Source: Xylographa opegraphella
Lineage: Eukaryota
Assembly (NCBI GenBank): GCA_022813865.1
Contig: JALDZX010000044.1
Span: 1 to 64,000 of the forward strand
Reading direction: 5' to 3'
DNA: 64,000 nucleotides
Shown here piece after piece: positions 13,440 to 29,800 of this stretch (within the stretch, counting starts at the first letter, position 1; every line of letters begins with the position of its first letter). The notes under the pieces were generated by a model that was given only the letters and a program-made list of their open reading frames with translations, was not told the origin of the DNA and made no database searches. Made by a program: the position numbers and the translations under genes.

Positions 13440-16224
13440 TCACATCATGCACCCATTCTTGACACTACTCCCCACCTCCCCACCCCCCAACCTCACCAGC
13501 CTCGTCTCCCCGCTAAGCAGCAAGTTGTACCCGAACACCTCCACCATCCACTCATACCACACCTTGCGCCCATCCGTCTGCCGCCAGATATTGACCACCA
13601 GGAGCGAGTGATCGGGCAAATACAACGGCGTCTACTCACGATCCGCAAGTATCAGCACTCCACTCCCATTCTTGGACTTTTAGCCCCTTTGGAAAAGATA
13701 TGAAGTAAAGGAAAGCATACGTACCCGCAGCGGGAAGAATATTGGGAACCAACTGATCATGCCTTCGCTCTTACGCTCCATCGTCTCCGGGTTCGTGCTC
13801 AGCTCGATGCCGGGGTACAGTACGGCTTCGAAGTACCCGCCTAGCCCGTGGCACACACCCCGGTGGCGCGTGCGGAAGCTGAGGCGCGCGTGTCGGACGT
13901 TGTGAGTGTTGAAGGAGGGGACGCTGGGCAAGGGTCCGTGGTGGAAGGACCATATGGGTAGAATGAGGGGCGAAGCGGGGAGCGGTGGCGTGGGCGTGCT
14001 GGAGTTGGCTGGCGGATCGGCGGAGGCTTTGTTCTTGCCCTTGGCGTTGGTGCTGTCGTGGTCTGGGTTGTCGGTGAACGGCTTGGTGGCCAGGCTGAGA
14101 TAGTCGATGGCGTGCAGCCAGACGACGGCGGGGGTGTCGGCCGCGGTGGGATCCCAGCTGCTGCGGGAGGAGATGTCGGCGTGCAGTTTGGGGGCGGCGA
14201 TGGGGGTCAAGAAGGCGGTGTAGGAGCGGGGGATGGAGATGCCGTAGGTTGGTGCGAGGAGGTGCAGGATGCCGTCGAGGCATTCGGGGGAAAGCTCGTT
14301 GTCGGCGAAGGAGCCGAGGAGCTCAGAGATGAGGATGTCGATCGGGTAGTGTGTAGTTTCTTCAGCGGCGCTTGAGGACTGATGAGCGGTGCTGTTCGGG
14401 AAAGGGGGAACGCTGGCAAAGGTCGAAGACGAGGGGTCACGGTGGCAGGGGCCTTTCCAGGATCGCATGTCGGACTGCACGATGGTGATAGTCCGGTCCC
14501 AGTCTTCCTTGTTGTGGCGTTGCAGGAGGACGTACGCGTTAGGGTTCTTCTCGACCGCCCACAGGTCAATTTCCACATTCTCGGCTTTGCTGGCTCGCAA
14601 CGCTCGTGTGACCAGGGGGCCCCGACCGGCTCCAGCAACAGCTACGACGACCCTTCCATCAGGGTTTGAGGTAGGTTTCCCTTCGGCTCTCCAGTCACGG
14701 AGTGCTTGACGGACGGCCTGCTCGTAGAGATCATATTTGACGGGGTCCTTCTCAAAGACTTCGTATGTCATGCTTTCCAGATTGTCTGTCAGGGGTTGTA
14801 GTGGAACTTGGAGATAGTCTTGATAGCCAGAGCCATACTTCTCCACTACTGTTCGGGGTGGTTGGCGTCTTTGTAGCCATCTGATATAGCTCAGATGAGG
14901 TGTCAAGTCGTCGGTGTGTCTGTTGGTGTTTTGAAAGCGGTCTGCGGCTTCGGCTGGAGTAGGCGAGCTTGTAGCGTCAGCGATCGTATCCGGGCTTAGG
15001 AAACCGTCGGAAACAGGTATCTTTGCTTCTGGATCGTCCAATCCAGGGATTGGTCCAACGTCACATAGAAGGATCCATGGAGTGACTTTGACACGCATAA
15101 GTTTAGTGATGAATGATTTTAGAGAATCAGATAGAACGGGTTTGTTGTGTTTGTTGTAGTTGAATGTATCGGGATTCATTGTAAGAAGCTTCACCGGCTC
15201 CGAGTACCATCTTGACCGAACGGCCAAGGGAGGAATTTCCTTCGGGAGTGATAGAGCTGTAACGATTATAGTCAGTAAACCATGCTAAAAATACCTCAAC
15301 CCTGAGCCTGCCACGGGGATGATAGGGAAAGTACCTCGACATGCTCAAGTCATCCTTCCTATGTCCAAATATTGGATCGATCATTTATCATAAGGAATCA
15401 CAGGAAAGCGACCATCAAGAGTGTTCTGGGTAATTGAGATGATATTTGATTCTTACCTACGAAAAGCCTATTGCTATATTTACATACAGTCCGTATTGTA
15501 TTCCAAGCATCCCAAGTGCCAAACATCTCTGGCTTCTGTGGCCTAAGTTCATCGACCTCATCAATGTACTCTGATCTCGTTTGCGACGCTAAATGGCCCA
15601 TTTCAGCACTCGGTTCGTCGATCGGGTCCGCAATCATTGGAAAAATGACATGAATCGAAAGATGACTGCCGATGGAAAGGGCTTCCTGCACAGCCCGTGC
15701 ATACTGTGGCGTTCCATGTGTAGCTGCATCACCATGGTATAATTTAGGACCTGGTATAAAGACATACTCAATACCACAAAAAGCTGCATATGCTACTTCC
15801 AAGTACAATACCTGCCGTGAAACATTTGAGATCAGAGGATCTGGAGAACATAAATCAATCCATGGACTAACGAACGCGAGCAACTGCGAGGTAATGTCTC
15901 CGGGTGTTAAAGGAGTATCTGGAAGGGACAAAGGAGGTATAGTGGGTATCGATGCTTGGTCGTCTCTCCCGATATTATTCTGCAGAGTTCGGGTCACCAA
16001 TTCCTGAACGCGATGACGGAAGAAAGGTGTTGTTATTGGTGTAGTAAGCATATCATACTGCAATCCTCATTAGCATGTCCCCTGTTCCACTGAGACCAGT
16101 TCCTCACATTGCAATCGTGAGCCTGATAGAGCACGCTGCTCGTTACGGGTAATGCTCGGTCAGTCTCGTGCTGGCCCACATAAAACGTGGGCATCCAATT
16201 GTCATCTTGCATAGGCGTGTCCAT
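13440..16224 (-). CDS. PRMT5: Protein arginine N-methyltransferase 5 (Hsl7/Skb1), 4 exons
   Basis: SPWIDLCS TIM-barrel region, YQDYLQVPLQPLTDNLESMTYEVFEKDPVKY, GAGRGPL, ISELLGSFADNELSPECLDG, SWFPIFFPL. Confidence 0.96.
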
Positions 16225-16570
16225 TGCGTTTGGGTAAAGAACGTAAATCGTTCCAGCACACCTAGAAGGTTATGTGGAACTAACAATAGTCATAGGATAG
16301 TCAGTGAGTAACTCGACGATTGCTATGCGCCATAGTATGTGCTCTCCGTGTAAAGACGAGGGTGGAAGACGTCTGACTTTGATGGTAGGACCCTTGCTTC
16401 GCCGTTACAGTACAAGTGCTTGACCCTTGCAAGCGTTGTCGTAAAGACCGCTCTAGAACGTATCGAGACTAGCTTGATCTACAATTTCAGATCCTATCGA
16501 TTACAGTTTCACGAGTAAGAATCATCTCCAAATCAAGAAGGAGTGGTACACATCCGTCTCCACAAATCAA

Positions 16571-19016
<2,446 letters not shown>

Positions 19017-20632
19017 ACGATAGATTCAGCTCGATGTATGTACATGCATATAGAGCGGTCTTAGACATGACACCATTCAGCCTTCGTGGCATGATGAAAA
19101 AATAGATCTGAACGATTCAGCTTAGTTCAAATGGCTTTAATGGGTTAGGTACGCTAATCAGCGATTAATATTCTATTGCCGCTCCCGGATTCAAATTCGG
19201 CGTGACACATTCTTGTAGCCACTGCAATGATCATGCCAGCTTGCATGGCTGAACTGGCAGGTTTCAGAGGTGCCAATTGTTCTCAGAAGACTCTGTAGTC
19301 CATAGACTTCTTTCATACCTTGTGGGAGACAGATTCAAGTACCGTAGACTTCGAATTACCAAAGGCAGCAACAGGATGACAGAATTGCTGAGTCATGTAG
19401 GGTTAGGGCAAAATCTTGGCACTCAACGACCACAACAACACCACAAGGTGATGTTTTAAACTTTGATTTGTCGGATTGCATCGAAATGCGCATGAGTCAT
19501 GATTCGCCTGTCAGATTGCGATAAATTATTCACTTTCAAAGTACTGCCTGATCTCGGTAGTGTGGATCAATGACGTTCATGGTCGTTTTGTCTGACCTTC
19601 ACAGCTGTAGAGTTTAAGAGGTTGGTTTGGTTAACACCTCAGTATTTCTCCAACACTTTTTGCTGAAATTACCCTAATATAAATAGAGTTCGTGTGTGGT
19701 GCTGTGAATTGACGATAGAGTTTATAGAGTGCAGCCGAAAGGTTGCAGCTAACCTGAGGGAATGCTGATGTTTGAGTCATGCTGTAAGTGTCCTGGAGAC
19801 AAAGAAATGAAGTATCTAAATAGCAGGATGCTTGAGGGTGGTTGTGTCGACTAGATTGCAGCACATTGTGATTTGGGGTTCTACTCGGTAGACACTAGGA
19901 GCAGGATTTTAGGACTGCTCATCGTAGGATCTGGTGGTATATAGCTCGTGCTAGGGTGTACATTCTGATATCTTGTGGATATGAACATGACAACAGTACA
20001 TCTGTCATTTGCAGTGCTGAAATCGTGCTATTGCTGCAACATGATGCCGAAACCTCAAGCTTTATAAGAGAGCCTATCACCCGTCACAGCACCCTATAAC
20101 CAAGAGCTTATAAAAGCTTCACGAAGGCTGACAGAGCGAATCTGCACTACTGCTCAGTAAGGCGTCTTTCTAGCCACCAACAGATAGAGCAAGCATGAGG
20201 TACCTTAGGTAGACACAGCAGATCGCAAGCGATTGGTAGTCTGTAGCCGAGAGAAGGCGCGAATGCGCGTGCTTTCCGCGTGTGATCTGGACTGTAGCTT
20301 TCGCGTCATCTCCTAACTAGCGTGGGTGTAAGGGTCTCGGCTAGTGTGGTTCGGTCCCCTGTTCTCAAAACCGCTGCTTTGTTTTGAAATCCGCCACCCA
20401 TCTTGAGATATCCGCCACCCGTTTTTTTGCTTCCCCCCCCGTAGGCCACCAGGCTGCCTGTGTCGAAGTCCGGGCGTGCTAATTGCTTCACTTGCTAGCA
20501 TAACACTTTCGGTGAGTCTGTCCTCAACCCATATTCCTTCCTTCCTTCTTCTTCCTCTTCCTCCTCCTCCATCACCGACCAAGACGGTCACTCTGTTCCA
20601 TCATCATCATCAATCGGAGCTTTCTTTTGATT

Positions 20633-23600
20633 ATGGATGAATCTTCCGTGGTCAATGTCTCTGAAGGAGACACTCCTGCTGCAACAGCTCCAGCTGCGAA
20701 CGTAGCTGCTGAAGTCGTGATCGACGGTCCCACTAACCTTGAGTCAGATTCTGACAGTATTAATTTCGAAGCACTCTACGACGCCAATCGTGGTGCATCA
20801 GAGCTACCAGGTTTGAGAGGCCTTAGCATAGTTGGATCTTCTTCAGTTATTGATCTGAACAATCGATCAACCTCTGAGCCTGACCAAGAGTCCATCAACG
20901 GTAGGCGCGTCCTAGGAGATAGATGACCTGATTCCCCCTCACTGACACAAACTTTATCAGAAGCTCCGGCCCCTGACAATCAGCTTCTGATAACTTCTTC
21001 AAGACCCCGGCGTCGGCCAACACATCTGACCATAGTGCCAATTGGGTTTCAAAATCGATCCATCGTCCTAGTTTCGACAAGGACGACTTCAATCCTTAGA
21101 CAATCCATAGGGCCACCACCGAATAGACCCCTTCCAGCATTGCCTACCACAGCAGTGGCTAGAGAACCACTCCTTGTCTGGCCTATTGCTGAACGTAATA
21201 CAGACAACTCTTCGATTTTGGTAGTGTCTGAAGAACGCGCATTGGATCCCGGAGCTCTAGAACGCAATCACGGAGTATCGGAGATCCAGGATCAATCACA
21301 ACAAGCGCAATTCGAAGCAGAACATCAACGTCGTCTAGCAGAACCTGATCAAGATATCTCTGACGTTGTAGAAGCTTCCTTTGGAGATAATTCAGACGTC
21401 TCAGGAACACCATCTTTGACCGACTCTTCTTTAATGAGTATAAAGTCAAGCGAGCTTGAGCGCGAGCTCCTGTCTGCAGCCAGTTTACCCCAGCACCGAG
21501 GCTCATACAACAGCCAGCAAAACATGGAAGATACAGGTATGTAAGCTTCTGCAGTTCCAGTAGCAATGTTAACAGCGATACAGGGGTCGTGGGTAACAAC
21601 AACGATACCGATGTTGGTGACCGTACACAACAAGAGGCAGTCCCCGAGATGACGGAGGCACGTCTCGATGGCCCGCGCCGATACAGCATGGAGGAGTTGC
21701 TGCAGCTTCGACATGTGGGAAATCGTCCTTTACATCAGCTCAATTTTCGTAGTAATGCCCCCGTTGGTAAGTCGTTCGTGTTGCCAGAATCTCCTTATGC
21801 TTCTGCAATGCACCCAGACCGACTTTGCTTCGATTGTTGTATTCTGTGTCAAGCTTGCGACCATATTATCCATTCTCCGATCGCGACTTATTGTATAGCC
21901 CTGAACGATCATCATCCCAACATTCCATATTTTGTATTGAACAAAAGACAACTTTCTTTCTTCTGTGCTTCAGAGGACTCCACTTCTGTATTGATGCTGA
22001 TATAATAACAGATCTTATTGCTCGTCACCTTATCTTGCCGGATCATACTGCAGCAAATATGCTTGTTCAAGCTCAATATTTGGAAGCCAAGGCTCGTGAA
22101 CCTTGGATGAGTGACGACGACGAAGAAGTATTTCAAGGGGGAGCGGCAGTGACCAGTACAAAGCGCTCATCTAGCGTGCCTGAAGTGCCTGAAGTCCGTG
22201 AAATAATTTGGCCCATACGTCAACCTGTCAATCCTCCAGAAAGCTTAGCTCGTCAAATATTGGAAGGCTTTGCTCGATTTCTTAAAGACCACACCTCACC
22301 GAATCACAGCAGAGTCACTGCTGGGGGTCGTGTTGTCCCAGCTGGTCCAAATTCACCACCTCCTACATTCAATATAGGATATATTGATGGCGTACTGCAA
22401 CGATTCGATCGGATCCATGAAGTTCGTAAAGCTCTTGATAAGCAGGCTCGCGACGCTGAGGGACAAGAACGTCAAAAGGCCATTGATAAGGCGGGTGCAT
22501 CTGGTGGCGATGCAGGCCCTACCCCAACCCCAACCCATAGCGCTGGCGATACTAATCCGACAAACAACGTCACTGCCAACGGAGTCGCTCTGAACGATCA
22601 ATTGAATCAAAAGCAGGTCGCTCCAAGTGGTACGCTAACACTCCCACCGCGTTCGCAGCCTTTGTTTATGGCAGAAGATGGCACAACCATTTTCCATATG
22701 GGAGGAAGCATGTTTCGGGCGGTGCTTCGAGACTCTCAGACGGTTTATGAGTTGCTCATTCCAGTACAGCCAGTTGGAAATATGTCAAATGGTGAAGAAA
22801 TATCTCAACCTATGTCGCAATCAACGATCATGGCAATGCCACCAATGGCTCCAATTTCTGTTGCACAACCATCCATGCAACCATCGTTCACCACGCAGAC
22901 GACCAACCCGGTGCATGGAATGGATTTCGTGCAAGCAACGCCGCAGATGACAGCGATGCCACAATTCGTAAATGCGCCCACACCAACGGCGATAGGACCA
23001 ATATTTCCCTCAGAAATGGTTGCAATGACTCAGTCTGTCGCATCAGGCCGTGGTTACGGGGAAAATATTCATCGCGGCGCTTATTTCCCAGTTGGAAATT
23101 CTTCTGTGCAAGACAGCCGTCGCCATGCAGGACACGAGGCGGCTCCAATGGCTGTCCAATTATACAACCCAGATGCCGCTGAGTATTCTAACCCGCAGCC
23201 TTCTCGTTACGTTCAGCTCCAGAACGTAGAGAGTCGTATGAAAAGCTTGCTTAAAACTAAGTCTGAGTTAGAGCAGCAGTGGGCTTTACAGGAACTGCAG
23301 ATGAGCCCTGAGGAAAAGATCTGGAACCGTGACCAGCTTCGAGAATGTACCGTCCAGTGCGACGAACTTCGTAGGATGAAGAAATCTTTCGAATCTTCAA
23401 TCAACACTAATTCCAACGGTCGTTCAGATCTTACCTCTTCTGGGAACAGTATGTCGACTATGTCTCGCCCGGCATTGCAAGCATATGAATATAACGGTCT
23501 TGACGGTACACGAGCATCGTTTGCCTCGATGATCCCAAATGATACTTATAATGGTGGATCTCGTAATATACAGCAGAGTACTGAAGGCCATAAGCGTTTG

Positions 23601-25542
23601 GAACATTCAGTCCTATCTCAGAGCTTTTCTGGAAATCCGGAAAATGGGATCGCATATTCCACTAATGCAGGGACCAATTCGAAGACTCTGTCGCCCAGTG
23701 CTCCATCATTTGTACCAGGTAGTATGGACGTCTCTACTCCACAAAAGCCACGGCGCGGTCACCAGAGTTCCGTAGCTAATAGGGACAAGTCATGTGAAGT
23801 CTCTTCATTCAAATCACATGGTACGACCCAAGCCGCCATGTCTGGAAGGGACTGGGCAGCTGTGATTAATCTCAACCATCCAGCGGGAGAGATCGACGAC
23901 GCTGACATGTGGTACTGCGAGGAGGCAGGGTTTAACGACCCAACAAAGCCAAAGAAATATTGTACGACCGCTCTGGAGGTTGCTTGGGTGGTGAAAAATG
24001 TCCGCCAGCAAGCCAAGCTATTGGGTTGTAAGAACGGTTCCAGTAAGGACCCCGAGTGGGACGCTGAACAAGACATCCGTCACGCTATTTTTGTTCTGAG
24101 ACGTCCGATTCCACTGGCCCCAATGCTCCCCGAGTTTGTGCGCCGAATGTGCCCATGGAGCTGGGAGGATTCTATCTTCAACATCGGTCAAGGAATGAGT
24201 CCATACTGGGTTGCCGAGCAGCACCATCGTGCTATGGGTGCTGGCCAACGCGAAGCGCAGGTCGATCTTTGGAGCCATGAACGTCTGCTTCTTCTGCAGG
24301 AGAAGCTTGCCCGTGATCAAGAGATTGCCAACGCGAATAAGTTTTTTCTGAAGGATCTTGCTCGTCGGGAATTGTCCTTTACCGCTTCATCTCGTAAGCG
24401 CAGCGAGTCCATAGTAAGCTGGGACTCCGATATGGCAAGAGCAGCCGACAAGGCTCTTGCTTCTGCCAAAAAAATAACACTGCAGAATCTTAAGCCGTTG
24501 AGTGAGTTGAAGGCAACCCCAAGCCAGAATTTCGAGGACTCTGTATTCGACAACCAGTCATATAGACGCCATGGGCAGAGGTAACTATTTCAGGAATCCT
24601 GACAAGGTTCTCGCTGACGTCGCGCAGTAATACTGTACAGCTCACTTCTGGCTACTCCGTTGACAACAATCTTCAAGAGGCAGCATCTGGTAGCTCCTAT
24701 CGACGAAGACAGGCGAATCATAGCGGTGAGAACTCGAGTTTCAACGACTCATTTTGCAATAATCAAGTGATGACTGTTCCAGTTGATAGGTGAGTGACGG
24801 CTGAAGTGAATAAACGGCGAGGTTGATTCGGGCTAACTTAATGTCGTCTAGTCCCACGAGTGACAAAAAGTCCAAGACTTTTCTGCGCAATATGCTAGAT
24901 CTGAAGGTCACAGACTGGGAGCCTCTGCCAGGTGAAACCCAGGAAGAGTTCAACGAGGCTTACTCTGCTGGCAAACGTATTTCTGGAATGGCAAATTCCG
25001 GTTCGGGCCAGAAGTCAAGTCTTGAGTTCCAGCCTACAAGACACACGACAACCAAGGAGAATCGTCCATTTCAGGACCGGCAATTCCGTAGCAAACCGAA
25101 TGAAGTTTCGTCCAGCCCCAGCGAGAGCGTACCGCATCTGCGACGAATGGGCCATAAAGCTCGTTCTTCGATGGCTTCACCAATCTTTAATGCTCAGGGC
25201 ATTGTACCTCCTGTTACCGGTATTTCATCTGTGTCTCCATGTCTGTCTTCTTCGAATCCAGGTCTTCAACGTCAGCAGGAGCATGCAACAAGCTTTCGTA
25301 ACAATCACTCGCGCCGGTTTGCTGAATCTTCTAATACGCATCAGCCAGCATTCACAGAATCTTCAGGCCCACGCAACTGGCAGACTCCCTCGCTTACTGG
25401 CCGTCATACTCGCACGCGTCCTGGCGACTATTCTTCTCAGTATCGTTCTACTGAAGATACTCTGGTATCGCCCCGCAGCCAGAATGCCTTTGGTTATGGG
25501 AATTCTTATTACCATCAGCCACCGCATTCACGACGTGGGTGA
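20633..25542 (+). CDS. Large, mostly low-complexity hypothetical protein (~1482 aa, 6 exons) with a putative eIF4E-binding motif and a PAM2 motif
   Basis: Phase-compatible introns 20901-20960, 21537-21583, 21767-22011, 24581-24627 and 24790-24851 join the ORF-track fragments into one frame. Motifs RRYSMEELLQLR and TLSPSAPSFVP; a coiled-coil-like stretch lies mid-protein. Confidence 0.8.
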
Positions 25543-26881
25543 TCGTGGAGGCCAACTCTTACGCAAATATGGCCAACTGTTGAAGAGTACGTACTTTGTT
25601 AACGCGTACTCAGTTCTGTTGCGCTTTTTGCACACTCGACTTACGACTTTCACTTCTCTTTTTCATGTTGCACTTACTCGCAGGATAGCAACCGGGCGAA
25701 GCCCATATTTGACATGCGTTTTCATTTCTGATTTTCTGAATGCGAGCATTACATAGATTACCATGTATCTTAAACCCGAAAAATTCAAAGAGCTTAGGCC
25801 ACCAAAATCGTTGCATGACCATCTAGAAAGTGAGCGGATGATCGTAGGATAAGGCGAGAGCACGAGAAGGGAAATGAGCGGCGAGAAATAGACACTGAGT
25901 GACTCCCTCCAAGACCGACAATAGCAAATGATTCACACTTCCCCAATCTGGTGGCACAAATGGATACCCTCCAGGCTCCGATTCACTGCTCGGTCCGTGC
26001 CACATTGCAATTGTTCCTACCATCCTGACATTATTCAATAGCGTGATAGATAGTTGATTGTGATCACAAGAATAGGAGCAGATCATTGTGACAATAGGTT
26101 CAAACGCGTCGCATTCTATTGTCGAAGCGATAAAATCCATAGATCATTTAAAATTGGCTTCGTCGAGTTCTGAATGCATGTGAAACCAGCTTTGCGGGAG
26201 AGACGTCCCCACCACTCGTCACACTCGTCACCACCCCAGCTTCGGCCAGGATCAAGTTTCGACTGCCACACCCTCATGAACAAGAATGAATTTCTGTCAA
26301 GAGTAATCGGTCGACCATGATTTGCTCCGCTTCTGATCGATGTACTTCTCACACCTACCACTATAGCTGTCGGCCGCCTTAGGTATTCCACGTCTCAATG
26401 GCAACGGACTACGACGGGACCACATACGTACAACCCCAGATAAGCCCCATATCCTACAGTCCCAGCTTCCATCTTCCCATCCTTTCTCGGATTCTCCCAA
26501 CTGATCGCCTTGCTGTAGATCTCCTCTAATTCTTGAGCGCATCGACGTCAGGATAAGCTCCCATACTTCGGAAGCTTGAATAATTTAGAGCCTCTGGACC
26601 TTGCAGACCGTTGCCAGCCAACGAAAATTCTGCATTCGAGCACGCCTACCTTACAACACATGCTCACGATTACACTACTCAAAGTGGGGGTTGCTTTCTT
26701 CTAGCAGAGCAAGCACCACCGACCAACAATCGTTATGGCGGAGACCCCGCTGTCGCGACAACTGTGCCCCCCCGCGCTGAGTGATTTGCACCGGGGTCCT
26801 GGACGGCTGATATAGCAGTCTATCATTCTTTCATTGCATGATAGAGTATCTCGAATATACCGTAAGAGGTAGTCTGTAAGC

Positions 26882-29800
26882 ATGAAGTTCGGTCGCAACC
26901 TCCCACGCAATCAGGTGCCAGAATGGGCATCTTCGTACATCAATTACAAAGCCCTCAAGAAGCTCATCAAGAATGCAGTGGAAACATCGAGAGCTACTGG
27001 TTCCGCGGATACGGCTGGTAAGCTTCTCGCGATTGGAACCAGTCAATCACCAAACTGATATCTATAGTGTTCTTCTACTCGCTGGACAGGAACCTCGAAG
27101 ATGTTGACTCCTTTTACAAAAAGAAATACAGTGATGTTGCAAGAAGACTGAAGTTGCTCCAAGATCAGTATGGAGGGTCAAGTGATATCCTTGGTGGGCT
27201 GGACAGAGATGAAGTTGAAGATGTGATGGGAGCTCTGTTGGAGCTACGGGGGAGCTTAAGGAAGTTACAATGGTACGGAGAGGTCAATCGAAGAGGCTTC
27301 ATTAAAATCACGAAAAAGTTGGATAAGAAAGTACCCGGTGTCACAGCTCAGAGAAGATACTTAGAATCCAAGGTTGATCTCAGATCCTTCGCAACGAACT
27401 CGAGCCTTCTCGTAACCATGAAGACCGTGAACGATTGGCTTTCCATTTTAGGGGACGTCAAAGTGCTCGATGATAACAGCTCTTCCCATTCGACTCACTC
27501 CTTACCACGGGTCTCCTCCAAAGTGAATCTAAGGCTTCCTCAGGGCCTTCTAGACAGCGTTGACCAAGCCATTCGCACCGACGATTTGCCCGTCCTCATC
27601 AAGCTCATACAGGATGCATGCCTCGAGGAAAAACATGCCGAAGATGGTGCATATCAGAGGCTGCTGCTGAATCTTCTTCAACGCTCAATCTCGTGTAGAT
27701 CAAAGGTCTGCATTGCCCAGCTACTGGACATGGTCACTTCGCTTGAAGAGAAAGATGATATAAACCAGCGGAACTGTATCCACCGCCTCGTCATTTCATT
27801 AGGGCGAACGACGTGGGCAGGTGATGCTGAGAAATCAGCTCAGGTTATTGAAGAGGAGCTGGACAATGGCAAAAGCTTTATTACGCCAGCTGCAGCCCCT
27901 GTCCTTGCCCCTCCAGCTCGTGCTGCGAAGGAATCGAACGGAATCTACAGTCTCGGCAGAAATGACAAGTCCGTAATTATCCTCGAATACCTCCTTGACC
28001 GCCTCCAGCCGGACCAGAGGTCTGCGCTCCAAGCAAGAGATATCTATGGGCGAATGCCTCTTCACTATGCTGCTCAGTATGGCTTTGTCGTCATCTGCCA
28101 GATAATCATATCACACATGCAAGCTTGGGGTCAATTCGAGGTTTCCGAGGGCATTGACGCACCATTTTGGCAAGACGCAGAAGGTTGGGCGCCTCTTCAC
28201 CTCAGTGTGATCGGTGGCCATCCATTGACCACGAAGACACTGCTTGAAGCTGAGGGCTGGCGGGGAGTGCAAGATCGCAAGGCCGCTGTTCGCAAGCACA
28301 TGTCTAAGTCAAGTCAAGTCCTTGCTCTGGCTACGAAATCCAAATTCACGATCATCGTGCAACTCCTTGTTGATGCTGGGGTAGATCTGAATTATCAAGA
28401 CGATCAAGGTGAATCAGCTCTGCATATAGCAGCACGATTTGGACATTCAGAATGTGCTGGAATTCTTCTCAAAGGCTCTGATGGTCGCAAGATTGATCTT
28501 GAATTGACAGAGAATACGTATGGTTGGACGGCACTTTTCGTGGCATGTGTCGACGGCCATCTCCAGGTGGCCGAAATGCTCATTGAAGCTGGGGCTAATT
28601 TGACACGGTGTGATACATCGGGATGGACCTGCACAGAGCATGCGGCATTAAGAGGTCATTTGGAGATTGCACGTAAATTAGTGCTAACGATACCACCGAA
28701 GCTGTCCAATTCGGAATTGCTCACAAAGAACCCGTCGCCTCCGACCTCTTCCCTTGCTGAACGAAAGTCGAATAGTCTTGTGGGTGGCAATGGAGCTTCT
28801 CGTACCCCCGAACCCGTGAAGTCGTTTGGTCATCGATACCTTACCAAGGAGAGTATGATTCTTGTTAGTCTAGGTACGATGGATATGAGGAAAGCCATCG
28901 AAGCTGTCAAGTTGGATCGTATTCCATTCGCCGATGCTCATCATACTCAATTGGATACTGCTTTATCGGTAGTAGTATCGGCCACTGGAGCTAATGGCGA
29001 ACCGTCCATCGTGGACTTACCGGTACAAGATAATATTAGTACCGATCCAATCGTTTTCACTGCGATTGATGCAACAAAGGTTAAGCTTCTATTCGACATT
29101 GTTCCGACGTATGCTGGTTCGAAAGACAAGATTGTTGCACGAGGTGTAGCACTTCTCTCCAGTATCAAACCATTTATCGGCTCCAAGCGTATAACACTTC
29201 AAGGAGATGTTACCGTACCAATAGTTGCGGCTCACAATCTTGATGTCATCGGTTCGGTCAATTTCAATTTCCTCATCATCACTCCTTTCAAGCATCCAAA
29301 TATGTCCATTACGGAGAATCAGACATATTGGAAGAGCATGACGTCGACAATGGTAATCGGACATCGAGGTAATGGCAACGTTGTTTGGGTCTGAATATTG
29401 GTTTCCTAATTCTCTTAAAGGGTTGGGCAAGAACATGGCATCGAGAACATCGTTACAGCTTGGCGAGAATACTATTCAGGTGATTGTGTCACAATTCTCA
29501 CAGAGATTTGTTCTGACTTTGGTTATAGTCCTTCATTGCTGCTGCAAATCTTGGAGCATCATATGTTGAGGTAGTACATACCCCTTCGTCATGTAGGGCT
29601 TTGTTGCTGACATGATCTAGTTTGGTACGATTCTCTAGGCTATCATTTCTCGTATATACGATTGACACAACCTAGATGTCCAACTGACAAAGGACCATGT
29701 ACCTGTAATCTATCACGATTTTCTTGTCAGTGAAACGGGCATTGACGCGCCAGTACACACACTTACACTTGAGCAAGTGTGTATTCATAGCTTGATAAGA

